In this document: one piece after another, positions 34,890 through 46,200 of the stretch
How the letters are laid out: every line of letters starts with the position of its first letter
Numbering within the stretch: position 1 is the stretch's first letter
Assembly: GCA_964019335.1 (NCBI GenBank)
Contig: OZ025648.1
Coordinates: forward strand, 620,001-684,000
Length of the DNA stretch: 64,000 nucleotides
Direction: 5' to 3'
DNA from: Diplonema japonicum
Taxonomy: Eukaryota; Protista; Euglenozoa: Diplonemea
Notes under the pieces: model-generated
What the model saw: only the letters and a program-made list of their open reading frames with translations
Told to the model about the DNA's origin: nothing
The model's database searches: none
Program-made: the position numbers and the translations under genes

Positions 34890-35970
34890 AGAGGTCTGTG
34901 GTCTGCTGTGGTTTTTTGAGGAGTGCCTCTGCAAGGCCTTTGGCTTCTTGTCAGCTTCTGGTAGGCTGTCTGCTTGTCCAGCTCTGCATCAATTGCCTGC
35001 AAGTGCCTTCATGACTGCTGTGTGTCATTGGAAGCATTCGATCATGAATATGAAGTGTGCCCTGAAGTTCATCTTCTCATTGAATTTCACCCCAAGGAAC
35101 ACTGGCTCTTCTTGGTACATTACCATTGTTTGCTGCCCTGCTGCATCCTTGTGGTACACAACTGGTCTGTGTTCTGTCTTTTTATTTGGCCCTGATGCCA
35201 TCATCCACTTCTTCCATACTGTTTCCACTTGCCACCACAGCCATGTTGTCTGCAAACAGTGATGTAATCAGTCCTGTGTCCACACCCACTTTATGCAATC
35301 TTGTTGCTATGTCATCCACATAGCAGATAAAAAGCAGTGGGGAGAGGACCATCCCTTGTGGAACTCCTTCTTCTTTTTCATAGAAGTCACCTTGTTCCCC
35401 ACCTACCTCTACAGCTGCCTCTCAATCCTTCAGGAACTCTGCAATCCAGTTTATGTATTTTGCAGGGAACTGCAGCTTCCTCATCTGTTCCAGAAGGCAG
35501 TGCTTCACAACTGTGTCAAAGTCAAAGAAGAGTGAGACAGTGACACAGTTCACATCCTTGTTGTCTCTGATGGTCTGTGCCAGGAGGGCAATCTGCTCAA
35601 GGGTGCTTCAGCCAGTCTGAAATCCTGCTTGAATGTGGCAGATGCTTGGTGTTGTCAGGTCATTGCTGTCCAGGAGGAAAGCGATTCTCATCTTGATAAT
35701 CCTTTCTATAAGCTTGCAGAGGTTGCTTGTGAGGTTGATGGGGTGGTAGCTCCCCTTTTCCATTGGGTCCTTTGTTGGCTTCTGGAGCAGCTTCATTAGT
35801 GCCTTGTGCCACTTTGGTAGGATGGTTGTGCTGTTCCATGAGAGGTTAATTGTGTGGAGGAGGGCTGCTCTGGCCATTGGCCCTAATTGCAGCAGCATCT
35901 TGTTGTGGATGAGGTTGATTCCAGGGCTTTTGTGCATCTTTAGTTGTGACATTGCATGTGCCAACTCATG
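34890..35970 (-). pseudogene. Non-LTR retrotransposon reverse-transcriptase remnant (clade not resolved)
   Basis: KSPGINLIHNKML, KGSYHPINLTSNLCKLIERII, QAGFQTG*STLEQI, GVPQGMVLSPLLFICYVDDI, LFADNMAV, FLGVKFNEKMNF. Confidence 0.9.
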
Positions 35971-36585
35971 TTTTTTTCTTTTTCTTTTTTTGCCCTTTTT
36001 GAACACCCAATTTTGTCCTAAAAATGGAATTCTGAACAGCCAATGGAAAGTTTTAACCCCACTTGGACTGAAAATTTTTTTTCAAAAATCACTGTAGGAA
36101 TTTTCCTTAGGGTCTAAATGGCCACCTGAAAATCACAAAATCAAGCTTCATTTTAGAAGGTAATTTTGGAATTTTGGCCTAATTTTGGCAAAATTCCCCT
36201 TGAAGTAGGTTTCCCAGCTGTGGTTACCTGATCGAATTTTTTTTTTCCTTCAAGGAATCAACTTTCTTCTGAAAATTTAAGATTCATATCATTCTACCAC
36301 CTTATAACTCACTTTTCAGGAAACACACAATTTCACACATTTGAATTTATTCTTTAGTTTTTTTCTGAACCTATTTAATTTTTAAACCTAATAAAGAAAG
36401 TGTAAATCTCCTAATCAAGATTTTTTAGTCCCAGTGTTGCCAAAATGGGTTGAAAATTAAAGTACCCAGCTGTGGTTACTTAATCAAGAATTTAATAGCC
36501 CATTTAACCTATGTATTCAAACCTTTTACCCTTACTTGGTTTTGTGGAATTTATTTCATTCTTTTGGTTCCTTGCCCACCAATAG

Positions 36586-37058
36586 CAGTGATGGGTGAAT
36601 CCTAATTAGGACTAGACTGGACTGGACTGGACCAGACCAGATCCGGTGTGAATTTCGACCCAATTATGCCATGACCAGACTGACCAGACTGGACTGGACC
36701 AGACCAGACTGGACTGGACCAGACTGGACTGGACTGGACTGAACCAGACTGGACAAGATACAACCACAACACCACATCCCCCCCATTTTTTTTTGCTGCA
36801 GAGTTCAAATGTATAAACAGATGTCTACAAGAAAAGATGTTACACAGGTACTGAGAGACAACAACAACAACAACAACGAGAAACGAAGAAAAAAAAAAAA
36901 AGAAAAAAAAAAAAAACCTTAATCTTCTTTTTCAGGTGGTGGGGATAACATGAAAATATAAGAAAAACATCAGATGTGTTTGCTGTTGACCTCCTCATTG
37001 GTCATCACTGAGCAAACCGCATGAGTGCAGAAGTCTTGGTTTCCTGGGGGGCCCTGGC
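36586..37058 (-). repeat. Inverted duplicate (~450 bp) of 32812-33256
   Basis: Reverse-complement match including (CAA)n, poly-A and tgtataaacagatgtctacaagaaaagatgttacacaggtactgagagac. Confidence 0.9.
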
Positions 37059-38026
37059 CAGTGTTGTTATGAGAATGCCCCCCCCTGAGATTTTCAGGGG
37101 GGCATGGGGGCAATCTCCTTCACCTCCAGTGCTTGCCAACAATAGCAAAGTGTCAGTGGTGGCACCTTCTTCACCTCAATCCTGGGACCTTTCAACCCCA
37201 ATATTGCCAGCCATGCCCCCATTCCACCCAAGGTAGGCTATCAGGTAGTCTTTTCTGACAGATTTGCTGGTTCTATTGGGGTGTCTTGTTGGGTTAGGTT
37301 ATTTTTGAAAACAACCTGCCAATAAAGTACAGTAAAAACAGGGGGGGGGAAAAAATTATTTGGGCCCTTTTTTTTTGACCCATGACCATCTCACTTTCAC
37401 TATTAGCCTCATTAAGGTCTAGAAAAGGTATTTTTGAGGGAAAAAAATTTTTTTTTTGAGAAAAAATCAATTTAAGGGTGTTTTTGGCCACTTTTTTGGG
37501 AGGAAAAACAATTTTTTGGACACTATTTTTTTTTTTTTTTATCCAGCACCCCATGCACCCAATAAAGTACAGTAAAAAAAAGGGGGGTAAATACAAAGAA
37601 TGAGAAGGGTAAGTCATAAAGGAGAGAAAACCAACAGATAGACCATTATTAGGCCTGATATAGGTACCCTTTTAGAAAAAAATCAATTTTTCTGAGGTAA
37701 AAAACCACTTTTCAGGTGTTTTTGACCACTTGTTCATGTGAGAAATAATTTTTTTTGGGCACCTCTTTTTTTGACCCCCAAACATCTCACTTTCACCCCA
37801 CTTCACTAAAAGCCTCTATTAAGGCCTAGGATAGGTACTTTTGAGAAAAAAAAATTTGGAAAAAAAATTAATTTTTGGGTGTCTTTGACAACTTTTTTTG
37901 GGTGGAAAAATTTTTTTTTTGGACACTATAAAAAAAATTTTTTTTTGCCCCCCTGCCCCCCTGGATTTGCCCCCCCGTGCCCCCCTGAAAATCTCAGGGG
38001 GGCAACCCATTCTCGTAACAACACTG
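37059..38026. mobile_element. ~970-bp hAT-like non-autonomous element
   Basis: Left end cagtgttgttatgagaatg..ccccctgagattttcagggg; right end reverse complement cagtgttgttacgagaatg..ccccctgagattttcagggg; internal direct repeats (caataaagtacagtaaaaa at 37320 and 37560). Confidence 0.7.
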
Positions 38027-38149
38027 GTTGAGTATTTTTGTAATTTGGTTACTATTCTTTCTCGTTTTTCAAGTCTGGGAAGGCTATCAAGAACATCCTC
38101 ATACTCATCACAAGATTCATAGACTGGGGGCCTTTTCTCTGCCTGTCTG

Positions 38150-38720
38150 CAGTGAGTTCTTTGATGATGTACTTTAGTTCTTTCTAGCTCATGGATGCAC
38201 ATGTAGCAAATACACCCTCTGGTGTGCTCCTGAGCTCATATGCACCTGTAAAATCTGGAAACTCAAGAATTTTCTTTTTGTATGGGCCAAAGACATCAGT
38301 AACTACATGCATGGCACACCAAAGTGGCTGTCCCTGACACCATATTGTATTGGTGATGTTAGCTATTTGTTCCACAGTTTTAATTGTTGTGGAATGAGGC
38401 ACCCAAAACCAAACATGAGAGAGCACACCAAAGTGGCTGTCCCTGTTGTTTTTGCCGTGTTTCTCCCCCAGAAACCACCAGGGAAAACGTCTGATTGGGA
38501 TATACATAATGAAGACCAAAAAGAACAAAGTAGCAAAATTCCTTTGCATGAAAGTGATGCCCACCATCAGTCCAGAGTATCCACTCCATTTTTTTCTTTA
38601 TTTTTTTCTGTACCCATGCTACTGTGGAACAAGACTTTTCTAACAGTAAGGCCAGCTGCCCTTATTTCATCATGTGTGATGTGGCCAAGCCTAGGAAAAG
38701 AAACATGCAAGAGTGACACG
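38150..38720 (-). pseudogene. Degraded transposase-like fragment (possibly Sola-type)
   Basis: Frameshifted WILWTDGGHHF..EF and GEKHGKNNRDSHFG, a DG...HGKxxxD spacing seen in some DDD transposases. Confidence 0.4.
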
Positions 38721-39018
38721 GGGGTAGGGAACAAGCCCTCCAAGCCAATCCCAAAGCATGGAATAACCCTACACTGCAGATCCAAGCTTGAGTACCACCC
38801 AACATCAACACTTAGGCACTGCCAAGGCAGACCAGGTGTTGCTCACTCCTTTAATTGGAACCCCTCACAAGTGTAAAAAAAAAAAAAAAAAACACATCAC
38901 CCTCCACCTACCTCCCTCTATCATTTGCGTTTATCAGTGTTTTATGAGGAAAAGGGGAAAGAAAAAAGGAAAGGATAAAAAACCCACTTCTATTTTTTGG
39001 CAATGAAGCACGAACTAT

Positions 39019-39290
39019 CTACTTGATTACAGGGGGCGCTCCTCGGCCAAGCAGTAGCTTCTTCTGCGTTCCGCATCGTGTCCTTAATGCGTGCGGTGTG
39101 CTCAACCCTAGCCGGTGCGTCCCAGGTAACCAAGATTCTGCGCTCATGCGGTTTACTGCCAGTTCGTCACCCTGAGCATCTGCGTTACGTTCTTCCACTC
39201 GGGCGCTACCGGTGATGACCGACGAGGAGGTCAACAGCGAACAACACATCTGATGTACTTCTTTATATTTCCATGTTATCCCCACCACCT
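39019..39290 (+). repeat. Full-length, CpG-retaining copy of the ~270-bp repeat
   Basis: Contains in order all modules found scrambled at 31250-32937; lies directly upstream of the pyrimidine tract of the first plus-strand gene. Confidence 0.85.
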
Positions 39291-39394
39291 TTTTCTACTC
39301 GGCCTCCATCCTCTAAAGAACTAGTGTCATCTTTCTATTTCTTACCTTCTTATTTTGTTATCTCCAATTGACTATTCCTATCCCACACTTTCAG
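39291..39394 (+). promoter_or_regulatory. Polypyrimidine tract plus AG, candidate (trans-)splice acceptor of the hexosaminidase gene
   Basis: U/C-rich stretch ending actttcag, 10 nt before the ATG; similar acceptors precede eEF2, APC13-like and the ACS-like gene. Confidence 0.5.
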
Positions 39395-39404
39395 GTTTTA
39401 AAAG

Positions 39405-40946
39405 ATGAAGGTGTTGTGTTTAGCGCTGGGCCTTGCAGCTGTACAGGGTGCCGTCTTCCCCAAGCCTTCTGTGTACGAAGAATCCGGCAGTTTTGCGAAA
39501 CTAGGTTCTGGGTTCAGCTTTGGTGAGAGCGCAGCAGAGCTGGCAAGTGACCGTCTGCTGAGGAGCGCGGGTAGGTACGATGGCTTCGTCGCGTTGAAGA
39601 CTGATCTGAGCCGCAGGGAGAGTGAGATGAAAGTGTCCTTCGACGTTGCTAGTTATGATGAAGAGTTGTCAGCAGAGACCGACTACTCGTACGAGGTGGT
39701 GATGGAGAGTGGTAAGGTTCTTATCAAGTCCCGCAGCGTCTATGGTGCCATGTATGCAATGGAAAGTATTACGCAACTTATCACCGAGGATGGCACCCTA
39801 TCGCTTGTGTACATCAAGGATGCACCCAAGTTCAACTGGAGAGGGCTCATGGTCGACTCGGGCAGGAGGTTCTTCCCAGTGCCGACAATCGAGAACCTTC
39901 TCGACACCATGTCTTATGTCAAAATGAACGTGCTGCACCTTCACGCTTCGGATCTGTGCAGATTTGGTGTGGAAAGCAAGAAATTCCCAAACTTGACAAA
40001 CTCGCTCACGGGTACCATGGCGGGCTTCTTCACACAGGAAGACATTGCTGGCATCGTCAAGTATGCCGGCGATAGGGGTATCAGAGTGGTGCCCGAGTTC
40101 GATGTTCCCGGGCACTCGAGGGGGTTCCTTCCACTTGAAAGCCAGGGCATGGAGTTCTGCACAACGGGCTCCGAGAAAGATCAGCTCTACAACGACCCTA
40201 AAAACAGCACCTACAACATTCTGACAGAGATCTTCACAGAAATGTCTGCCCTTTTCCCGGATAAGGTTTTCAACATCGGCAGCGACGAGACAGCCGCCAA
40301 GGGCAGGTGTACAGTGCAGTCGACCTTTGAGATTGAGAGGGCTTTGGTGACATTTGTAAAAGAGAAGCTTGGTAAGACCCCTGCTGGCTGGGAGGAGATC
40401 CAGTTCGATGCTGGCGCCGCTACACAGGACACTATCGTCGATGCCTGGGCACGTCACTCTCCTGGATCGATCACCGCGACAGGAAGGAACGCTATTGCCT
40501 CCAACGACTCGCACTTCTATTTCACCGAGGCGGCACCCGGAGGCCCTGCTGGGTGGTCCAAATGTTGGCATGATATCAGTTCTACTGTCCCTGCCTCCCA
40601 GCAAAATCTTCTCTTGGGTGGTGAGATCTCCATGTGGACAGACACTTACTGTTACATCGAGGAATGCCTCAACCCCAGCGCAGGCAAGCCTGTAGGCCAC
40701 ATCCTGTTTGACCCCAAGTACGACCAGCAGTTCGGGTACTCCATCGGTGGTATGATCTGGCCCCGTGGGTACGTTGCCGCCGCTGCCTTCTGGAACTTCA
40801 ACAGCAGCACCGATCCTACGTCTGCTACTTTCACTCAGAACATCTGGAACATGAATACCGAGTTCCAGAAGAGAGGTTCTTGGGTTTGCCCCACGAACTG
40901 CTCTTGCGATCAGTTGACTTCATGTGGTAAGCCGTATGTGCAGTAA
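39405..40946 (+). CDS. Beta-N-acetylhexosaminidase (GH20) with signal peptide
   Basis: MKVLCLALGLAAVQGA; IKDAPKFNWRGLMVDSGRRF, KMNVLHLH, RGIRVVPEFDVPGH, catalytic GSDE, LGGEISMWTD, IWPR. Confidence 0.95.
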   Translation: MKVLCLALGLAAVQGAVFPKPSVYEESGSFAKLGSGFSFGESAAELASDRLLRSAGRYDGFVALKTDLSRRESEMKVSFDVASYDEELSAETDYSYEVVMESGKVLIKSRSVYGAMYAMESITQLITEDGTLSLVYIKDAPKFNWRGLMVDSGRRFFPVPTIENLLDTMSYVKMNVLHLHASDLCRFGVESKKFPNLTNSLTGTMAGFFTQEDIAGIVKYAGDRGIRVVPEFDVPGHSRGFLPLESQGMEFCTTGSEKDQLYNDPKNSTYNILTEIFTEMSALFPDKVFNIGSDETAAKGRCTVQSTFEIERALVTFVKEKLGKTPAGWEEIQFDAGAATQDTIVDAWARHSPGSITATGRNAIASNDSHFYFTEAAPGGPAGWSKCWHDISSTVPASQQNLLLGGEISMWTDTYCYIEECLNPSAGKPVGHILFDPKYDQQFGYSIGGMIWPRGYVAAAAFWNFNSSTDPTSATFTQNIWNMNTEFQKRGSWVCPTNCSCDQLTSCGKPYVQ

Positions 40947-41405
40947 GTAACATGGGCCTTTCGTGTGCACGGTCCATCACACGCCATTAACTGTGGTGTT
41001 CACTGCTTTTTGACATTACGAATCAAGGACGGCGATCCGAACACAGCTCCATCCCTCCTAACGTTCGTCCACGACTTTGAGTGCGTTTAACTTCACAACG
41101 TTCTTTTTTTTCTCTTTTTCCTTTTCAGAAAAGGCAATTGTCCAAACATCGTGTTCTTCATCATGTTGGTTCGTAATGGTAATAATGCCCTCCTTCGAGC
41201 CATCTGAGAAACTGTCCCGGACTCGACCTGCATTCCAACAACGCACAGTTGCGTGTTGCAAACAGCGGTCATTCGGCGAGTTTTTCTGCGAATTTGGGTG
41301 ACCGAACCGGCCTTGTGTCCTTCTCGTAGAGATGGACAGGCCTCCAGCGAGTGTTCTTATTTTGTTTTATTTAAACCTAAACTTTAATAGCGCACACAGT
41401 CGGGG

Positions 41406-43105
41406 ATGGACCCCTATGATGATCTTGAGGAGGCCACTCTCCCTGATATGCACCACTGCACAAAAGGAGGGATGGAAGAAACTTTGTTGTCAGGACCTGC
41501 AAGCAGTTCTAGTTTTGTAAGGGGGTGCATGCCTGTCAACGCTCTGAATGCGGAGACAAGCCTGGCTTTTTGGAGTGAGGACACAGATGAGGAACCGGTT
41601 TGGTGCGCAAAGATGGGAGGTGCAGGGCCCGTGACTTTGATAGTGGTACATGCGGCACATGAAGACGCAGGAAGAGGCAAAGGGGTACTGCGGAATATCT
41701 ATTGCCAGCTGTTAGACGAAGAAGACGACGTTCAGTGGACATCCCCTATTCAGACGGTCGGGAAAGCATCAAATAGTGAGAATTTGATGTTCTTCGCACC
41801 GGCGATTGCGTGCAAGAAAGTGCGAATTGGTAAAGAAGGTCTGGGACTCGGACTGCGTGCTGTGCAATGCTTCTTAATGCCCGCAAACAAATATAAATTA
41901 TCGAGAACGATTCTTACAATAGATAAATATGCAGTGCCACAGCCTTTCTCTTTAAAAGAGCTTGCAAACTCGACAGCATACTCAAACCTTTTCACGTCCT
42001 CCGCCTGCTACGAGCTGGCTCATCAAGAGTCACACGTAGAAGAAAGGGAGCAGGAGGCCATGAACCTAGCGCACCACTTGTTGGGTGTTTGGGACAAGCA
42101 AAACAAAACGTTTGAACACGGTCGGCATATAGAAACAGTGCGCGTGGTTTTCCTATCAATCTTAGAGGCTGCAAAGTCTCTTTTCATCGCTGATTCGAAA
42201 GTGGCATCCGTCCGCTCGCCTTGCTATGTGTTTGGAGACATCCACGGCAACTTCGAGGACCTTACCTACTTTATGGCAAATCTGATACCCTTCAAACACA
42301 TCAAGTACACAGGGCACACCTTCCTCTTCCTAGGCGACTACGTTGACCGTGGCCCACACGACATCGAGTGCTTGGCCTACTTGTGCTGCCTTAAAATCCA
42401 AGCACCTGACAAACTGTTTCTATTGAGGGGCAACCATGAAGACCGTCGCCAAAACAAGACACTGGAAGAGTCTTTTTACAACCACTGTATCAAGTTATTT
42501 GGTGAACGCGGAGGGCTTGAAGTGTACGAAAAGTCCAACGACCTATTTGACAATTTACCCCTGTGTGGAATTATAAATGACAGCATATTTGCATGCCATG
42601 GAGGCATCCCCAGAGTGCCTAAGGATCCTGCTACAGGGAAACCTTACAAAATACGAGACGCTGTTGAGAAAATACCTTTCCCCCTCTCAATGGTATGCTG
42701 TATTTTTCATAAATGCACACCACTCAGGTTGGTGACTCTGATGACCCGTATCTGCAGATAGCAACGGACCTGCTGTGGGCAGACCCTGGTAAGGATGTTG
42801 AGTACTTCAAGAAGAATGAAGCTAGAGGGTGTTCGTGTGTTTATGGGCAGAAGGCTGTGGAGGTATGCTCTTCACGAAGCATTGACACAAAAAAATAGGA
42901 ATTCCTCGAAAACAATGGCTTCGAGTTCATGATGCGCGCACACCAGTTCTTCTCATTTGGTGTGAACATAAGTAAAGGTGGCAAGGTTATCACCTTGTTT
43001 TCTAGCAGCAATTACTGTGACTATTCGTCGTGTGCCGGGTGTGCTCTGGTAGGCGCGAATGGCAAAATACAGCTCCTTATGAAAGAGCACGGCGCAGAAG
43101 ACTAG
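41406..43105 (+). CDS. PPP-family Ser/Thr protein phosphatase with N-terminal extension (3 exons)
   Basis: GDIHG, GDYVDRG, LRGNHE, HGGI, DLLWADP, MRAHQ, FSSSNYC; introns 42693-42727 and 42863-42898. Confidence 0.92.
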
Positions 43106-43272
43106 ATGCGCCCTCTAGTGTAGTGTCCTTTGCGAACTTAGTGACCCTGAAAATCTTTATTTGATTCTTCGATCTTTAGTGTCTGCCTCACGCACGATGC
43201 TTGCTCTGTGTGTGCAATTGCTATGCTTCGTTCTAATGAGCAACAACTCAAAATCTCATCACAGGAGGTGTC

Positions 43273-46200
43273 ATGAAGGGAGGGGATGGCCATGACTCGC
43301 AAGAAGCAGGCGCCCCTTACGCGGGCACACCTCAAAACTCTCCGAGGACGAAGAGGATGTCCATAGCAGGGGAGGCGGCTGCGTCACCACCTGACGGGCG
43401 GTACGCGTATCTTGGAGCACCAGAAATGACAAATAAACAATACTGCAACAACGAGTTCATCTCTTCTATGTACACGTGGTATAACTTCCTGCCGAAAGTG
43501 CTGCTGAATCAGTTCTCTTTGGTGTCTAACCAATATTTCGGTCTCAATGTAGTCATCGCTCTGATTCCCGGCGTTTCCCCGATCACCCCTGCAACCGCAG
43601 TTCTGCCTCTCCTCATCGTGCTTGGTACAGCTCTCTATATGGAAGGTACTGAAGACTTCCAAAGGCATAAAGCTGATGCCAAGGACAACTCAGCACCCGT
43701 GTATGTTCTCGTGGGCAAGGAGTGGGTTAAGATGAGCGCAACAGACGTGAAGGTGGGTGACCTGCTGCGCATAGAGAAGAGCCACGATTCGCATTCCTTG
43801 AAGGCAGATGTGCTCGTTGTGTCCAGCAGTGATGACGACGGGCAGGTATACGTGGAAACGTCGCAGCTGGACGGGGAGACGAGTGTGAAGTTTAAAAAAG
43901 CTGTTCGAGAGACTCAAATCCTGAACACCATCGAAGAGTTTACTGAGAATCGGGGGAAGCTCAAGGTACTGATGGACAGCCCCGTCAAAGACCTGTACAA
44001 ATGGCAAGGGTCGGCAAGGTGGATCTTCCCTGACGGCAGCGAGTCGGCACCTTTCAACTTGGATGTCGAGAACACCATCTGGAGAAGCTCTTCGATCCGA
44101 CGCACGGATTGGGTTGTGGGCCTTGTCCTCTACACAGGTAGGCAGACAAAGATGGGTCTGAATATGGAACATAAGCCCCGCTCTGCAAACATACTTGACT
44201 CCAGACTCAACATTGCTGTGCTGGCTATCTTTATCATCAAGAACATCATCATGATCATTCTGTGTGCCCTGTCCGTCTCCTGGAGCGCTGACCACGAGGA
44301 CGATTGGTATCTAGAGGAGTTTCTTGGAGGCTACTCTAGCTTTGAAACCTTCGGCCTGAACTACCTCACATGGTTCATTCTGTTGTCCTTCATGATCCCC
44401 ATCTCACTGTTCGTGACAGTGAGGTTCTGTCTGAGGATCCAGATCCGACTGATGGCGACTGATCAGGAGATGATGCACTGGATGCTTGGTGCCGGTGAAG
44501 AGGGGGCGCCAGGATGGGTAGGATGCAAACCCAAGACATCGTACAAGAATTTGGAGTTAGCAGACGTGAAGTACATCTTCTCCGACAAGACCGGTACTTT
44601 GACGGAGAACAAGATGACCTACGTAGGTGGTGCCGTCCCTAGTGCAGCAGATGCCACGAAGTGGATCGGTGGTGGCGTAACAGACCCTACTTTGAATCCT
44701 CTCGCCGACTTGAAAATCACCAACCCACACGACCTGCTCACCAGTAACCCCAAGGTTGACCCGAGAAATAGGTTGATGGCCACCATTGTTCTATGCAACA
44801 CGGTGGTGCCCATGAGTGACGATAGCGATCCTAATCTTATTGCCTACGAGGGCACGTCCCCCGACGAAGTAGCCCTTGTGTACGCGGCAAAGAAGTACGG
44901 CGTGGCAATGGTGAAGCGCACCACGTCCAGCATTACAGTCCGCGTGGCCGGTCAGGAGATCACGTACACTGTCCTTTCCGTGCTTGAGTTTTCGTCCAAT
45001 CGGAAAATGATGTCCATCATCCTCAAGACACCAAGTGACGAGTTGATCCTGCTGACTAAAGGAGCCGACGAACACGAAGGGCTGGGGCAGGGCATGTTTG
45101 TGAGGATCGACGCTTCTGCTGAAGATGAAAAGATACCAAAGGGATTCATCAACACGGAGGAAGGTGATGAGGCTGCTGTTGAGTGCTTGAAGGAATTATG
45201 GAATCAAGCTCCATTCGGCGTTGACGGACCCACACTGCAGTACCAGAACAGTGTCCAGATCTGCAAAGACAGCCTCCAAGGCTACGGGCGGAAGGGGTGG
45301 AGGACTCTTGTTTTTGGGTGGAAGAAGATCACGCCCGAGTGGTTCAACATCTGGAATGAAGACTTCAAGAACATTAGAACAGCCACCATGGCGCTGCAAG
45401 GCCCGAACAGGGACCACAGAAAAGAAGAAATCGAAGACGCAGCCAAACTGTCAATGGAAAGGGAACTCGAAATGGGTGGCTTGATAGCGTATGAGGACAT
45501 GCTTCAGGATCAGGTACCTGAGACAATCAAGTTCTTTCTGGACGCGGACGTCGGTGTGTGGATGCTAACGGGCGACAAGCTAGAGACCGCTATCGAGATT
45601 GCCAAATCGTGCAACCTTGCAAAGTCAACAGGACTGCTTTACGAAGCGCACTTCGCCAAAGGCAGTGCGTCACCCTCCACTATAAAGCGCGATACAGCAG
45701 AGGCGCAGGCAGCTAAGATGCTTGGCGAACTGAGGGAGCTGGTAGACAGCCACGGTGACAATGAGGTGACATTAGCGTCGGACGAAGCAACGCTCACTGC
45801 CTTCTTGGGCGACGACCTGCGACAAGACTTCCTTGACGTGTCGCAACGGCTGCGCTCTGCTGTCTGCGCTCGACTGACCCCGAAGATGAAAGGGACCATT
45901 GTCAAGTCATGCATGAACAGTCCCCACCTGAAAGGCACCGTGCTGGCCATTGGGGATGGTGGCAACGACGTTACGATGATCAATGAAGCCCACGTCGGCA
46001 TCGGCATCATAGGCATCGAGGGGCGGGCTGCAGAGCTTGCTTCGGACTACGCGATCCCAAGATTCAAACATCTCACTAGACTGCTGACGGTGCACGGCAA
46101 GTACTCCCGGTATAGAACTGCAATGTGTGTGGGGTACTCATTCTACAAGAACATTGTGCTTTCGCTGTGCCAGGTGTACTTTGCCGTGTTCTCGGGTTAC

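Larger units (their letters stand above)
30307..39404. other. Divergent strand-switch region between two unidirectional gene clusters; repeat and transposon nest
   Basis: All supported genes to the left are minus strand and all to the right are plus strand; no intact ORF in between. Confidence 0.85.

Noticed and set aside
39019-39288. 89-aa minus-strand ORF in the 270-bp repeat
   Set aside because: No true ATG start, no recognisable domain, frame not preserved in other copies
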